Source: Candidatus Zixiibacteriota bacterium (GTDB taxonomy: Bacteria; Zixibacteria; MSB-5A5; GN15; FEB-12). From it: DNA of 64,000 nt. Location of the stretch: NCBI GenBank assembly GCA_020351995.1, contig CP070674.1:1313852-1377851 (forward strand), read 5' to 3'. Positions 9,347 to 19,402 of the stretch are shown here, piece after piece (the first letter of the stretch is position 1; every line of letters begins with the position of its first letter). A program made the position numbers and the translations under genes. Below the pieces are notes generated by a model. That model saw nothing but the letters and a program-made list of their open reading frames with translations, was not told the origin of the DNA and ran no database searches.

Positions 9347-10681
9347 CTACTTAAAGTCGAAATTCGTTTTTACCATACACTGTTTCTGGTCAATGTGATA
9401 TTGCCACTCGTCACGCCAGTGTTTGATGGCGGACTGGATGGGCATCACGGCGGCGTCACCAAGCGGGCAGATGGTCCGGCCGAGAATATTGCCGCATACA
9501 TCCTCGATTTTCTCAATATCGCCCGGTTGGCCTTCCCCGCTTTCAATTCGATTAATCATCTGTTCGAGCCAGCTCGTACCCTCACGGCATGGTGTGCACT
9601 TTCCGCACGATTCGTGTCGGAAGAAGTGAATCAGTTTCTTGATGACCCAGACGATACAGGCATCTTCGTTAAACACTATAACGGCGCCGGAACCAAGCAT
9701 GGAGCCGACCGTTTGTAACGACTCGTAATCGAGGCCAACGTCAATCATGTCGGGTGTCAAGAACGGGGTTGAAGCCCCACCGGGTATCACGCCTTTGAGC
9801 TTCTTGTCCTCAAGCATGCCATTACCGTAAGCGGGATCGTAGATGAGCTTCTTGAGGTTGAAACCCATCTCGACTTCGTAGTTTCCCGGGCGTTTGACGT
9901 GACCTGAGAGGGAGAATATTTTTGTCCCTTTGGATTTTTCAGTTCCGAGCGAACCATACCAGTCGGCTCCCCTGTTAATTATGTGCGGCACACTGGCCAG
10001 GGACTCGACATTGTTGACAATGGTCGGGCAGGCATAGAGCCCCTCTATAGCCGGAAAGGGCGGACGCATGCGCGACATACCGCGCTCACCTTCAACAGAA
10101 TTGAGCAGGGCTGTTTCCTCGCCGCAGATATATGCTCCACCACCGGTGTGAACGATCATCTCAAGGTCGTAGCCGCTGCCGTGAATGTTCTTGCCCAGAT
10201 GGCCGTGCTGGTAGGCCTCGTTCATGGCCTGTTCCATGCGCTCACGACAGTGGTTGAATTCCCCGCGTATGTAGATGAACATCAGGTGACAGCCGATAGC
10301 ATAGGCAGCGATGGCCATGCCCTCGATAACGCCGTGCGGATCACGCTCCATCAGAACACGGTCCTTGCAGGTACCCGGCTCGGATTCGTCGGCATTGCAG
10401 CAGAGGTAGCGCGGCTTGGGGGATGCCTTAGGCACAAATCCCCATTTCATGCCGGTTGGGAACCCGGCGCCACCGCGGCCCCTCAGACCCGATTTCTTGA
10501 CTTCTTCGGTTACCTGATCAGCGGTCATGCCGTTGAGCACTTTTTTCCAGGCTTTGTATCCGCCGTGAGCTTGATAAGTACCGATCTCGTGCTGCTTGGG
10601 GTCTTCCACATACTTAAACAGATGCAGGTCTTTATGGCTGGCCACCTCGGCGGCGTTTGTTATGACCGGTGAATAAAACAT
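9347..10681 (-). CDS. nuoF: NADH-quinone oxidoreductase subunit F
   Basis: GLRGRGGAGFPTG, NADESEPG, GAYICGEETAL, ESCGKCTPCREG. Confidence 0.97.
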   Translation of the reverse strand: MFYSPVITNAAEVASHKDLHLFKYVEDPKQHEIGTYQAHGGYKAWKKVLNGMTADQVTEEVKKSGLRGRGGAGFPTGMKWGFVPKASPKPRYLCCNADESEPGTCKDRVLMERDPHGVIEGMAIAAYAIGCHLMFIYIRGEFNHCRERMEQAMNEAYQHGHLGKNIHGSGYDLEMIVHTGGGAYICGEETALLNSVEGERGMSRMRPPFPAIEGLYACPTIVNNVESLASVPHIINRGADWYGSLGTEKSKGTKIFSLSGHVKRPGNYEVEMGFNLKKLIYDPAYGNGMLEDKKLKGVIPGGASTPFLTPDMIDVGLDYESLQTVGSMLGSGAVIVFNEDACIVWVIKKLIHFFRHESCGKCTPCREGTSWLEQMINRIESGEGQPGDIEKIEDVCGNILGRTICPLGDAAVMPIQSAIKHWRDEWQYHIDQKQCMVKTNFDFK

Positions 10682-11157
10682 CAGGCTTCCGACCTCAATG
10701 TCTCGAGTATACCGTCTACTTTCTCCCGCGTCAAATTCTCGTGGAAGTCATGATTGATTTGCATCATGGGCGCGGTCGAACACGAACCCAGACATTCCAC
10801 AGAAATAAGGGTGAACAGGTTGTCCGCGGTGGTCTCCCCTTTCTTGATTCCCAGCTTGTCCTCCAGGTACGAGATCAGAGAATCGGCTCCAAGCAAGGCG
10901 CACGAGATGTTATGGCAAACCTGGATGAGGTACTTGCCCCTCGATTTCTTGGGGAACATAGTATAGAAAGTAGCCGCCTCGGCGATTTCCACGTACGGAA
11001 CTTTGATCACTTTCGAAATCTCGTGATAAATCTCATCGTCGACATAGCCGAGTTGCCGGTAAGCCACTGTCAGAGCCGGCAGGATCCCCGATTTCTTACG
11101 AGGGTATTTCGCAGTCTTTTCTTTGATTTCCTGTATTGATTCTTGCGTCAGAATCAT
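10681..11157 (-). CDS. nuoE: NADH-quinone oxidoreductase subunit E
   Basis: ATFYTMF, CHNISC and ECLGSC 2Fe-2S ligands. Confidence 0.97.
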   Translation of the reverse strand: MILTQESIQEIKEKTAKYPRKKSGILPALTVAYRQLGYVDDEIYHEISKVIKVPYVEIAEAATFYTMFPKKSRGKYLIQVCHNISCALLGADSLISYLEDKLGIKKGETTADNLFTLISVECLGSCSTAPMMQINHDFHENLTREKVDGILETLRSEA

Positions 11158-12326
11158 CTGTCAACCTCGCCCAGTACAATGTCAACCGAGCCGATGGCAC
11201 ACACAACGTCCGAAAACAGCCCACCTTCAACCAGTTTTGGCAGAGAGGCCAGGTTGATGAACGACGGCGGGCGTACCCGTACCCGGTTAGGTTTGTTGGT
11301 CCCGTCGCCGGCAATATAGAATCCAAGCTCACCTTTAGGTGCCTCAACAGCCTGATAAACGGAGCCACAGGGGGCCTTAAACCCTTCGGTAATAATCTTG
11401 AAATGGAAAATCATTGACTCCATTTTATAGAGGATGTCCTCCTTCGGCGGAAGAACAACACCTGGGATATGAGCCCGATAAGGTCCCTCGGGCATGCCAT
11501 CAATAGCCTGCTGTATTATCCGTAGCGACTGTTTGATCTCCTCAACGCGTATCAGGTAGCGGTCGTAGGCATCACCCTTTTTACCGAGCGGGATCTGGAA
11601 GTCGAAGTTTTCGTACCCGCTATAAGGATTGGCTTTGCGAACGTCATAATTGACCCCACTGCCACGAAGCATCGGACCTGACAGGGAATAATCGATAGCA
11701 TCTCCGGCCGATATAACCGCCACGTCCCTTGTTCTTCGAATAAAGATCTCATTGGCCGTGAGGAGATCTTCATAGTCTTTGACACCCTGCGGAATTTGTT
11801 TGAGGGCTTTTCTGACAAGTTTGTCAAAATCCCTGGGCAGTTCATGGGCCAGACCACCGATTCTGATATACGATGTCATCATCCTCTGGCCGCCGCAGGC
11901 TTCATAGATGTCGACGATTGATTCGCGCTCGCGGAAGGCGTAAAGAAGCATCGACATGGCCCCCAGGTCAAGAGCGTGCGTGCCGAGCCAGACGAGATGT
12001 GATTTTATGCGAGTCAGCTCCGCGAGACAAACTCGTGCCCACTTAACCTTCTCCGGAACATCAATATCCATCAGCTTTTCCACCGCGAGGCAGTAGCCGA
12101 GGTTGTTGGACATCGGAGAGAGATAATCCATGCGGTCGGTAGCCGGCAAAGCCTTATAGTAAAGCTTGCTTTCCATGGTCTTCTCGATACCGGTGTGGAG
12201 GTATCCGATGACCGGAGTGGCCTTGATCACGCGTTCACCGTCCAGCTCCAATACAACCCTGAGCACACCGTGGGTTGACGGATGCTGCGGGCCCATATTA
12301 AGGGTGACAGTCTTGCCGGCGCTCAT
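11154..12326 (-). CDS. nuoD: NADH-quinone oxidoreductase subunit D
   Basis: NMGPQHPSTHGVLR, GYLHTGIEK, C-terminal DIVLGEVDR. Confidence 0.97.
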   Translation of the reverse strand: MSAGKTVTLNMGPQHPSTHGVLRVVLELDGERVIKATPVIGYLHTGIEKTMESKLYYKALPATDRMDYLSPMSNNLGYCLAVEKLMDIDVPEKVKWARVCLAELTRIKSHLVWLGTHALDLGAMSMLLYAFRERESIVDIYEACGGQRMMTSYIRIGGLAHELPRDFDKLVRKALKQIPQGVKDYEDLLTANEIFIRRTRDVAVISAGDAIDYSLSGPMLRGSGVNYDVRKANPYSGYENFDFQIPLGKKGDAYDRYLIRVEEIKQSLRIIQQAIDGMPEGPYRAHIPGVVLPPKEDILYKMESMIFHFKIITEGFKAPCGSVYQAVEAPKGELGFYIAGDGTNKPNRVRVRPPSFINLASLPKLVEGGLFSDVVCAIGSVDIVLGEVDR

Positions 12327-12856
12327 CTGATCACCTCAGGCGGTTCGTCTTTATTCCAGCTGAAAGCGGGAACTTCCCATGTAAGGGGGAAATCCTTACG
12401 CAAGGGGTGGCCTTCGAGATCATCCGGCGTCAGAATCTTTGTCAGGTTGGGATGTCCATCAAAATGGATTCCCATGAGGTCGAACACCTCGCGTTCCAGC
12501 CAGTTGGCGCCGGCCCAGAGGCCGGTCAGAGACTGGACAGTTGGCTGCTCCTCAGGCAAAGGCACTTTAATAAAGAACCGATACCGGTTTGAGATGGAAT
12601 AAAGGTTGTATACGACCTCGAAGCGTCCGTCCTTTTCCTGCTCGTGATTCAGCCAGTCGAGAGAGGTTATGTCCGACAGGTACCTGACATCGAGCTCTCC
12701 GTCATCGAGCAAGGCCTGGCAAATGTCCAGCAAGCGGTTGGGCTTTATGTAGAAGGATTGCTGGTGTCTGAAGTTGTCTTCTTTAATTACCGCGTCGGCG
12801 AATCGCGAGTCGAAAAAAGCTCTTACCTTATCTACCATAGCCGTCGAAAGTTCCAA
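12323..12856 (-). CDS. nuoC: NADH-quinone oxidoreductase subunit C
   Basis: ANWLEREVFDLMGIHFDGHP and GHPLRKDFPL. Confidence 0.96.
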   Translation of the reverse strand: MELSTAMVDKVRAFFDSRFADAVIKEDNFRHQQSFYIKPNRLLDICQALLDDGELDVRYLSDITSLDWLNHEQEKDGRFEVVYNLYSISNRYRFFIKVPLPEEQPTVQSLTGLWAGANWLEREVFDLMGIHFDGHPNLTKILTPDDLEGHPLRKDFPLTWEVPAFSWNKDEPPEVIR

Positions 12857-12903
12857 TTTTCACAAGCTCCGATTTCAGTATTACCTTGGTTGGCGGCGCG
12901 GTT

Positions 12904-13407
12904 TTAAACAGCTTTCCGTCCCCATTCCTGGCGAGAATCTTTCAGGGATTCCTTTTCAACCTTCTCTTGTAGCTTAAGAATACCTTGCATTAGCTGTTCC
13001 GGGCGCGGAGGGCAGCCAGGAACATATATGTCAACAGGGATGATGCGGTCGACACCCTGAAGTATCGCGTAATTATTAAATATTCCACCGCAAGAGGCAC
13101 ATGCTCCCATAGCGATGACCCATTTAGGATTGGGCATCTGTTCATAAAGTGTCTTGATGACGGGGGCCATTTTCATCGAGACTCTGCCCGCCACTATCAT
13201 CAGGTCGGCCTGACGAGGGGATGGTCGCATGACTTCCATGCCGTACCGGGCCAGATCAAAATGGGCAGCGAAGGTCGAGATCATCTCGATAGCACAACAG
13301 GCCAGGCCGAAGCCCAGCGGCCACATTGAGCGCTTGCGAGCCCAGTTTACCATCTTATCCAGGGTGGTAAGTATTATTGAATCCGGAATCTTTTCTTCTA
13401 ATCCCAT
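12904..13407 (-). CDS. nuoB: NADH-quinone oxidoreductase subunit B
   Basis: [33 protein letters not shown]. Confidence 0.97.
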   Translation of the reverse strand: MGLEEKIPDSIILTTLDKMVNWARKRSMWPLGFGLACCAIEMISTFAAHFDLARYGMEVMRPSPRQADLMIVAGRVSMKMAPVIKTLYEQMPNPKWVIAMGACASCGGIFNNYAILQGVDRIIPVDIYVPGCPPRPEQLMQGILKLQEKVEKESLKDSRQEWGRKAV

Positions 13408-13754
13408 TTGAACGCTCCGCGGCCAAGCTCATAGAGATAGCCAATAAGGATGACACCGACAAAGACCGAGATAATAATGAAACCGTACAGGCCCAGATCT
13501 CGCGAGACGACAGCCCATGGATAGAGGAATATGACTTCGATATCAAAAAGGATAAATGAAATAGCGACCAGATAGAATTTAACCGGAATTGGGTCTTTGG
13601 TGGAGCCGACCGGTTCCATTCCGCACTCGTACGGGTCGTTTTTCTTGCCCATTCTGGTTCTGCGGCCGAGAATAACAGAGAGTACGGCGAAAGCGACGGC
13701 TATCACGCCAGCCAGAATTAAGAGCAATAAGATTGGGAAAAAAGTCTCAAACAC
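13398..13754 (-). CDS. nuoA: NADH-quinone oxidoreductase subunit A
   Basis: PYECG and [15 protein letters not shown]. Confidence 0.96.
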   Translation of the reverse strand: MFETFFPILLLLILAGVIAVAFAVLSVILGRRTRMGKKNDPYECGMEPVGSTKDPIPVKFYLVAISFILFDIEVIFLYPWAVVSRDLGLYGFIIISVFVGVILIGYLYELGRGAFKWD

Positions 13755-13785
13755 CGATGTAAATCCTCAAGTAAAACAATCCGTA

Positions 13786-13814
13786 ACTTTAGCCAATATA
13801 CGTATACTTGTCAA
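13786..13814 (-). promoter_or_regulatory. Sigma-70-type promoter of the nuo operon
   Basis: Minus strand TTGACA-17 nt-TAAAGT about 30 nt upstream of nuoA; the spacer contains the palindrome TATACGTATA. Confidence 0.7.
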
Positions 13815-13962
13815 GGTATTTTGGCCTTGCCCGATGATTATTTATTGCTCGCGCCAAAATCCCTGCCCGACGAAGTTACTGTATGACACGATCTTATTGG
13901 GCACCTAATTGGGAGCAGCAAAACGCCAGGCGTGACCTTGGTCCAGGCGGGGTCGTCAACGC

Positions 13963-14376
13963 TCATTCGTCGATGGTGATTTGATAGCCACTGACGTTCT
14001 CGTGGTTTTCGAAAAGATATACTATATCTTCGGGATCGAACGGTCCGTAAGCGGTAGAATAGCCATAGAATCTGAGGTGCTTCTGCCCCGGCTTTTCCTC
14101 CATCCAGCCGCCCCCCCGGAGGCGGTAGGAATCGGCGTATATACCGTACAAATCCGGTTTTCTTATCCAGCCGGAGGGAATGCCACTGATGTCGCAAAAA
14201 CGCTTGACAAGTCCCGCGTGGTAAGAAAACTCCTTAACCGAACCATAAACGAAGATTAACCGGTCATCGAAAGAGAAAATAACGAATTTTGAGATTACAG
14301 ACTGTTCAGGGTTTTCGTGCGACTCCCCGGTAGGGCCGCCCGAAGAGAGGTTGATAATTTGCGCTGACTGAGACAT
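13963..14376 (-). CDS. PHPT1/Janus-Ocnus-like protein, putative phosphohistidine phosphatase (137 aa)
   Basis: ATG at 14376, 2 nt after the upstream stop; motifs SKFVIF, FSYHAGL, LRGGGW, KHLRFYGYSTAYGP occur in the same order as human PHPT1 FKYVLI, EYHADI, LGGGR, KKIHVYGYSMAYGP. Confidence 0.7.
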   Translation of the reverse strand: MSQSAQIINLSSGGPTGESHENPEQSVISKFVIFSFDDRLIFVYGSVKEFSYHAGLVKRFCDISGIPSGWIRKPDLYGIYADSYRLRGGGWMEEKPGQKHLRFYGYSTAYGPFDPEDIVYLFENHENVSGYQITIDE

Positions 14377-14378
14377 AA

Positions 14379-15434
14379 TCAGGTTTCGGTGGCAATCCTG
14401 ATATGATTTGAGAATATCCACCCGCGCCCATTTTTCCATACTTCTATCCTGTAAATACCTTGCCTGACATCGGTAAACTCGAGGTAATCAGAATGGCATT
14501 CAACGACAGTACGGCCGTTATGAACCAGTTTGATCTGCGCAGGCTCGGGAAGTCGGGTCTTCAGGCGGACTCCCTCAGGGTACGGTAGCCAACCCCCGCA
14601 ACTGACAGTTTTAGACGATGATTCGGCTACGAACTCGAAGTCATCCGCAATCCCCCAGCGCATATTAGAGAAAAAGAGCCTGCAATCGCGGATAGCCTCG
14701 TACAGTTGCTTTTTGGCCACCTCGAAATCAGACGACATCCTTTCTTTCAGGAGCAAGTGGGATCGCAGACATCGGAAGTGCACTTTATAGGGGAAGATTT
14801 CCACGGTGAAGGGCCCGGCTTTGATTGGGAACGCATGAGCGTCGGCACCAGCCAGGCCAACTACTTTCCGGAACATGTTGAGTTCATCCCATTTCCGCAG
14901 GATCCTATCAGTAGGACCTTCCATTGACCTCCTTGGTGAGAACGACATCATCAGCTTGTTATAACGAGTGAGTTTTTCCATCCATTCCGACATCTGATTC
15001 CACAACTCAATCCCCACAAATCCGTCGACGGACCAGTCAGTCCAGGGGTAAGCCGGATGGTCTTCCAGCGCCGTGCGAATCTCGTCAGGATGAGCGAGAA
15101 TCCCCAGTGCTCCATCGCGGGCACCGGCTGCCACGTATTCAGCGACAGTCATGTCAGCCGGATAAACTCCGGGCGATTCGAACAGGAGATAATGATGGTG
15201 GTCTCTGACGTCATTATGTTCATAGCCAATTACGACAAGGGTGTCGCCGTAGAAGCCTTCCAGGCCGCGCTCGCGGTTGCTCAGCGTCATGTGGTCGCTG
15301 AACATCATGAATTCGAGTCCAGCATCGCGCCCGATCCGGACAACCTCGTCGAGCGTCTTGGTCCCATCGGATTCGGTGGTATGAATGTGGATGGCCCCGC
15401 TATAAGCGTACCAATCACCGACTTTCTTCGGCAT
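14379..15434 (-). CDS. PHP-domain metallohydrolase (CehA/McbA-like)
   Basis: HIHTTESDG, FSDH, LAHP, GADAH metal-binding motifs plus a beta-rich C-terminal domain. Confidence 0.85.
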   Translation of the reverse strand: MPKKVGDWYAYSGAIHIHTTESDGTKTLDEVVRIGRDAGLEFMMFSDHMTLSNRERGLEGFYGDTLVVIGYEHNDVRDHHHYLLFESPGVYPADMTVAEYVAAGARDGALGILAHPDEIRTALEDHPAYPWTDWSVDGFVGIELWNQMSEWMEKLTRYNKLMMSFSPRRSMEGPTDRILRKWDELNMFRKVVGLAGADAHAFPIKAGPFTVEIFPYKVHFRCLRSHLLLKERMSSDFEVAKKQLYEAIRDCRLFFSNMRWGIADDFEFVAESSSKTVSCGGWLPYPEGVRLKTRLPEPAQIKLVHNGRTVVECHSDYLEFTDVRQGIYRIEVWKNGRGWIFSNHIRIATET

Positions 15435-16752
15435 CTTCTCTCCCGTGGGTATCCGGTACTTTCCTAAATATGTAGAGTCCGATGAGCATTATCAAGCTTA
15501 GTGATAATACGGCCATTTTATACGGCAGTTTGACGTAGTCGTCGGGGTGAATGTCCAGAAGGTTCACTGCCATCTTTCCCAACACTCTGTCGGCATTAAA
15601 CAGGTATACGATAGTGGTCCATACGAGTGGTCCGATGATAGCGGCCGCCCGTCCGGAGAGCGAAAATAGGCCGAAGAAACGACCCAGTTCAGCCCTGGGC
15701 ACCAGCTCAGCCAGCAGCGGACGAGTGGTGGTCCAGAGCCCGCCAAGCAGAATGCCTATGATCGAGCCTAATATCCAAACCACTGTTACACTATTAGTGA
15801 ACACGAACGTGGCGAGCGATATAATCCATCCCCAGATGATCAATATGAGCAGTTTCTTCAGGGACCAGTGCTCGGCAACTTTGCCCATAATGAACGAGCC
15901 GAGAACCGCCGAGCCTATCGAGATCATGAGAAAGTAGTGCATGTGCGCCTCTCGAAAGCCGATCACAATTGAGCAGTAGAGACCAATATTTATAATAACG
16001 GTCATGGCGGAATCTTCGAAGAAGTAGTCAGAAATCAAGAAGCGGAGTACTCCGGGGTACTTGCGGGTAGCCGTGACTCCTTCCCAGACTTCTCTGTAGG
16101 ATTGTCTAAAATTGGTTCTCCGCGGAACAGTGATCTTGGCTTCCCGGACCCACCAGAATAGCGGAAGTGAGAATAACATAAAGAGGAACGCTGTGGGGAG
16201 AAACGACGCGACCTTTCCCCCGCCTTCGAGAAAAGGAATGTTGATCGAGAATACCTCACCGGTGACAAAAGCAAGACCCACGACGGTACCAACCGCCGAG
16301 CCGACATATCCAAGAGCCACGCCCGCTCCTGACACGAACCGAGCCTTCTGGCCATCGGCAACGGAATAAAGCAGGGCGTTATAAAACGGTTGGCCGGCCT
16401 CATAGGAGAAGTTAGCCACAATAAAGAGCATAATGGTAAGTATCAGCATCGATGCCGGTACGAAGGCCATCAATCCCACCGCCGCACAGCAACTCAGTGT
16501 GAACAGAAATACGAATAGTTTCTTCTTGGTGGAGTGATCCGACATGGCTCCGAGAGCCGGGAGGAGCACAGCGGCTACCAGCATTGATACGGAAAAGGGA
16601 ATGTCGAAATAGCGATCATCCTTACCCAGATCTTCGATGATATATCGCTTGAGATAAAGCGAAACGATATTCATGGAATAGATGGTATTGGCGAAATCAT
16701 AGAGAGTCCAGCCAACAACATCTTTCCTCCACACGGAGGTGCTGTTGTCCAT
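15415..16752 (-). CDS. MFS transporter (UMF1/Atg22-like)
   Basis: WTLYDFAN N-terminal motif, about 12 hydrophobic segments, FFGLFSLSGRAAAIIGP. Confidence 0.9.
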   Translation of the reverse strand: MDNSTSVWRKDVVGWTLYDFANTIYSMNIVSLYLKRYIIEDLGKDDRYFDIPFSVSMLVAAVLLPALGAMSDHSTKKKLFVFLFTLSCCAAVGLMAFVPASMLILTIMLFIVANFSYEAGQPFYNALLYSVADGQKARFVSGAGVALGYVGSAVGTVVGLAFVTGEVFSINIPFLEGGGKVASFLPTAFLFMLFSLPLFWWVREAKITVPRRTNFRQSYREVWEGVTATRKYPGVLRFLISDYFFEDSAMTVIINIGLYCSIVIGFREAHMHYFLMISIGSAVLGSFIMGKVAEHWSLKKLLILIIWGWIISLATFVFTNSVTVVWILGSIIGILLGGLWTTTRPLLAELVPRAELGRFFGLFSLSGRAAAIIGPLVWTTIVYLFNADRVLGKMAVNLLDIHPDDYVKLPYKMAVLSLSLIMLIGLYIFRKVPDTHGREDAEESR

Positions 16753-16755
16753 TAC

Positions 16756-17316
16756 CTACAAACCGAGTTGATCTGATATGGTCATCATGCCATCACGGAC
16801 CAGTACAAGGAACTCTCTTAGTTCCAGGCCGAGGTTAGACGAGGCAGCCATGTTTTCCCGGCTGGCTCCAGCCGCGAAACGCTTTTCGTCAAAGCGGCGC
16901 AGCATAAAGTCACCGTCGACAGAGGCCAGCTTTTTATCGGGGTGCATCAGGGCGCAGGCAACAATAAAGCCGGTGGCCGGGTCAACCGAATAGAGCGCCC
17001 AGTCCATCTTGTTGTTACATGGCACGTGGCCGGGGTGGGCATGAATAGCGTACAACATATCCTCGGGGAGGCCGAATTCTTCCAGCCACTTTTCGGTGAT
17101 GTAGGTATGGTTAGCTTCGTCGTTTTTGGTCTCATTGTAGTCGAGATCGTGCAGAAGACCGGTCATTCCCCAGTACTCGATATCCTCACCAATATGATCG
17201 GCTAACTTGCGCATGCCGGCCTCAACAGCAAGGATGTGCTTTAACAGATTATTGACGCCTATCTTTTCTTCAACCAGCTGATAGGCTTGCTCGCGAGTTA
17301 TATTAAGTTGTGGCAT
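16756..17316 (-). CDS. HDIG/HD-domain metal-dependent phosphohydrolase
   Basis: LLKH..AVEA, GLLHDLD, AIHAH, KRFAAG motifs. Confidence 0.88.
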   Translation of the reverse strand: MPQLNITREQAYQLVEEKIGVNNLLKHILAVEAGMRKLADHIGEDIEYWGMTGLLHDLDYNETKNDEANHTYITEKWLEEFGLPEDMLYAIHAHPGHVPCNNKMDWALYSVDPATGFIVACALMHPDKKLASVDGDFMLRRFDEKRFAAGASRENMAASSNLGLELREFLVLVRDGMMTISDQLGL

Positions 17317-17377
17317 AAAAGCAAATAAATTATTCGATGAACCCTAAGTCAAGCGCCTTATCGACGCGGGGATAAGC

Positions 17378-19402
17378 TTAATCCATGAAATTCCATGTCA
17401 GACCAAAGAAACTGTAGCGACCGGGAATGAGGAGTCCTTCCCGGGCATAGTGCTCAGCCGAAAGCGCATTCTGGATCACGAAATGAAAGCGAAAACCCTT
17501 AATGCGAAAAGAGAGCTTGACATTGGCGACCAGAACGTCGCCGTAACCCCCATAATGGTAACCATCGTATTCCGAGCAATAGCTTATCTCGCCATAAACG
17601 TACAGATGCATTATACGCTGTGGCCAGTAGCAATGCAGTTCGAGGCCAGAGAATAACTGGTAGTCGGGAAGATACGGTTTGTCTTCAATATTCGCGTAAT
17701 TAACATTGTGATACGCCAGTCCTGACCGAAGATTGAGAATGTCGGAAAGACGGAGTTTTTGCTGTACGGAAGCATTGAGAAAATCAATGTCACCGTTGGC
17801 GGGCTGGAATAGAGTGTAAACTGACTCACCGGAAATCGGAATCCGGGCATTTTGCCAGTCGATTCCGCCGTTGATTTTTCCGCCGGTCAACGTGAATTTG
17901 ATATTTGTATGTATCCCGCCCAATTCAACCAACCCGGAAGCAACCAATTGTTTTTCCTTCTCCAGGGCGCCATTGCCGGCATCGGCATAATCTTCAACAT
18001 CGTCCGAATACATATAGACGCGCTGGAATCGCAGGTGCAGCTGATGTAGAGACGGTGCCTGTTCGGAATATCCCGCCGACAGGAGCATATACCAGCCCGG
18101 CCTGTCCAGTGTAATGACAAGGGCGACCGACGGCAACCAATCAAAGCCATCAATGTATCCGGTGCCAGCCATGACAGCGTAGCGCAGCTGTGGCAGGTAC
18201 TTTACATAGCGCGCCGATACTCTGCCATCATCGCGGATAAAATCCTCGTAACCATTATTATAATTGAGATGGCTACTGCTTACTTCTACCTTGAGCAGCG
18301 AACTTCCGCTTACCCACTCCCGCGCTACGAAGAACCCCCGGCCGCCGTAGTCAAAGGCGCCCCGATAGGTGCCCATCATATGCGACCCCTGCCGAAGGTA
18401 ACGATAGCCAAGCAGGTAGCGAGCAGTGTGATCGGCATTATGCCGCTCAAACGAGATTTCGGCTGAGCGATCGATACGCTCCCTGGCGAAAGTCGCGTAC
18501 GAAGTTCCTGCTCCGGTAGTCCGGGCGACCCAGTATTGACCTCCCCGATCATATAGATGACCGGAAGCGCTGAAACCGTAGTCGAGACCCAGCGGTTGAT
18601 ACAGTCGTCCAGTATAGTGATAGGTGTCATCTTTTCGCAATGCGAATTCACCATCACCATTCCGATATCCGATGGACAGATCTATTTCTCTGCCCGACGA
18701 AAACAACCGGGAATAACTACCCCGGACATGATTGAACTCAAAAGAGCCCTGGTCGACAAGAAAGGCGCTCTCATAGGCGCTGGAATCGGGTCTTTGCGGA
18801 TAAGTAATCAAAGAAGCGGTACTATTACTCCCCTCGAACAGCATTCCTGCGGCTCCGGGAACAACGTACTGATCGTGGTCACCAGCAGTAGGTATATCAT
18901 TGAGGTCTATCTGGCCGTCCGGCTCGATATAATGCTCGAAAGGGTGAAGCGGTAACCCGTTGCTGATAACATTTAGCCGGTCTCCAGAGAGTCCGAACGG
19001 CTGGACGGTTTTGCGCATCGGTGACGAGACATAATCGATCACAAAGTAAGACGGGTCGAAGCGAAAATAATCGCCGGCATCAACATAGTAGGATTGCTCC
19101 ACGCTCGCCCGCTGGTTGAGACGCGGTGAAAGGAAATATGTCGAGAGACTGTCAAGAAAGCACAGATTCGGTCTCCGCTCGACTTTTTCCTCCTCATATT
19201 CTTTTCTTTTTTCTTCGAACTGAAGAAGGGCTTCTTCGGCCCCGGTAAGGGAGTCAGGCTGAATAAGCGAGTCAGGCTCGGGCGCTGGCTGGCGGGTCGA
19301 ATCCGGCTCCGGGGGGATAAAAGCGGTATCCTGATCCTGGCCGAAGCCGATCTTCGCCATCGCCAGAAGGAGCACAATTACAAAAGGTACAACGTTTCGC
19401 AT
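17378..19402 (-). CDS. Outer-membrane beta-barrel protein, TonB-dependent-receptor/putative-porin-like
   Basis: Signal peptide, plug-like segment (PFGLSGDRLNVISNGLPL...IDLNDIP...VVPGAAGMLF), alternating aromatic beta strands, C-terminus IQNAL...PGRYSFFGLTWNFMD. Confidence 0.75.
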   Translation of the reverse strand: MRNVVPFVIVLLLAMAKIGFGQDQDTAFIPPEPDSTRQPAPEPDSLIQPDSLTGAEEALLQFEEKRKEYEEEKVERRPNLCFLDSLSTYFLSPRLNQRASVEQSYYVDAGDYFRFDPSYFVIDYVSSPMRKTVQPFGLSGDRLNVISNGLPLHPFEHYIEPDGQIDLNDIPTAGDHDQYVVPGAAGMLFEGSNSTASLITYPQRPDSSAYESAFLVDQGSFEFNHVRGSYSRLFSSGREIDLSIGYRNGDGEFALRKDDTYHYTGRLYQPLGLDYGFSASGHLYDRGGQYWVARTTGAGTSYATFARERIDRSAEISFERHNADHTARYLLGYRYLRQGSHMMGTYRGAFDYGGRGFFVAREWVSGSSLLKVEVSSSHLNYNNGYEDFIRDDGRVSARYVKYLPQLRYAVMAGTGYIDGFDWLPSVALVITLDRPGWYMLLSAGYSEQAPSLHQLHLRFQRVYMYSDDVEDYADAGNGALEKEKQLVASGLVELGGIHTNIKFTLTGGKINGGIDWQNARIPISGESVYTLFQPANGDIDFLNASVQQKLRLSDILNLRSGLAYHNVNYANIEDKPYLPDYQLFSGLELHCYWPQRIMHLYVYGEISYCSEYDGYHYGGYGDVLVANVKLSFRIKGFRFHFVIQNALSAEHYAREGLLIPGRYSFFGLTWNFMD

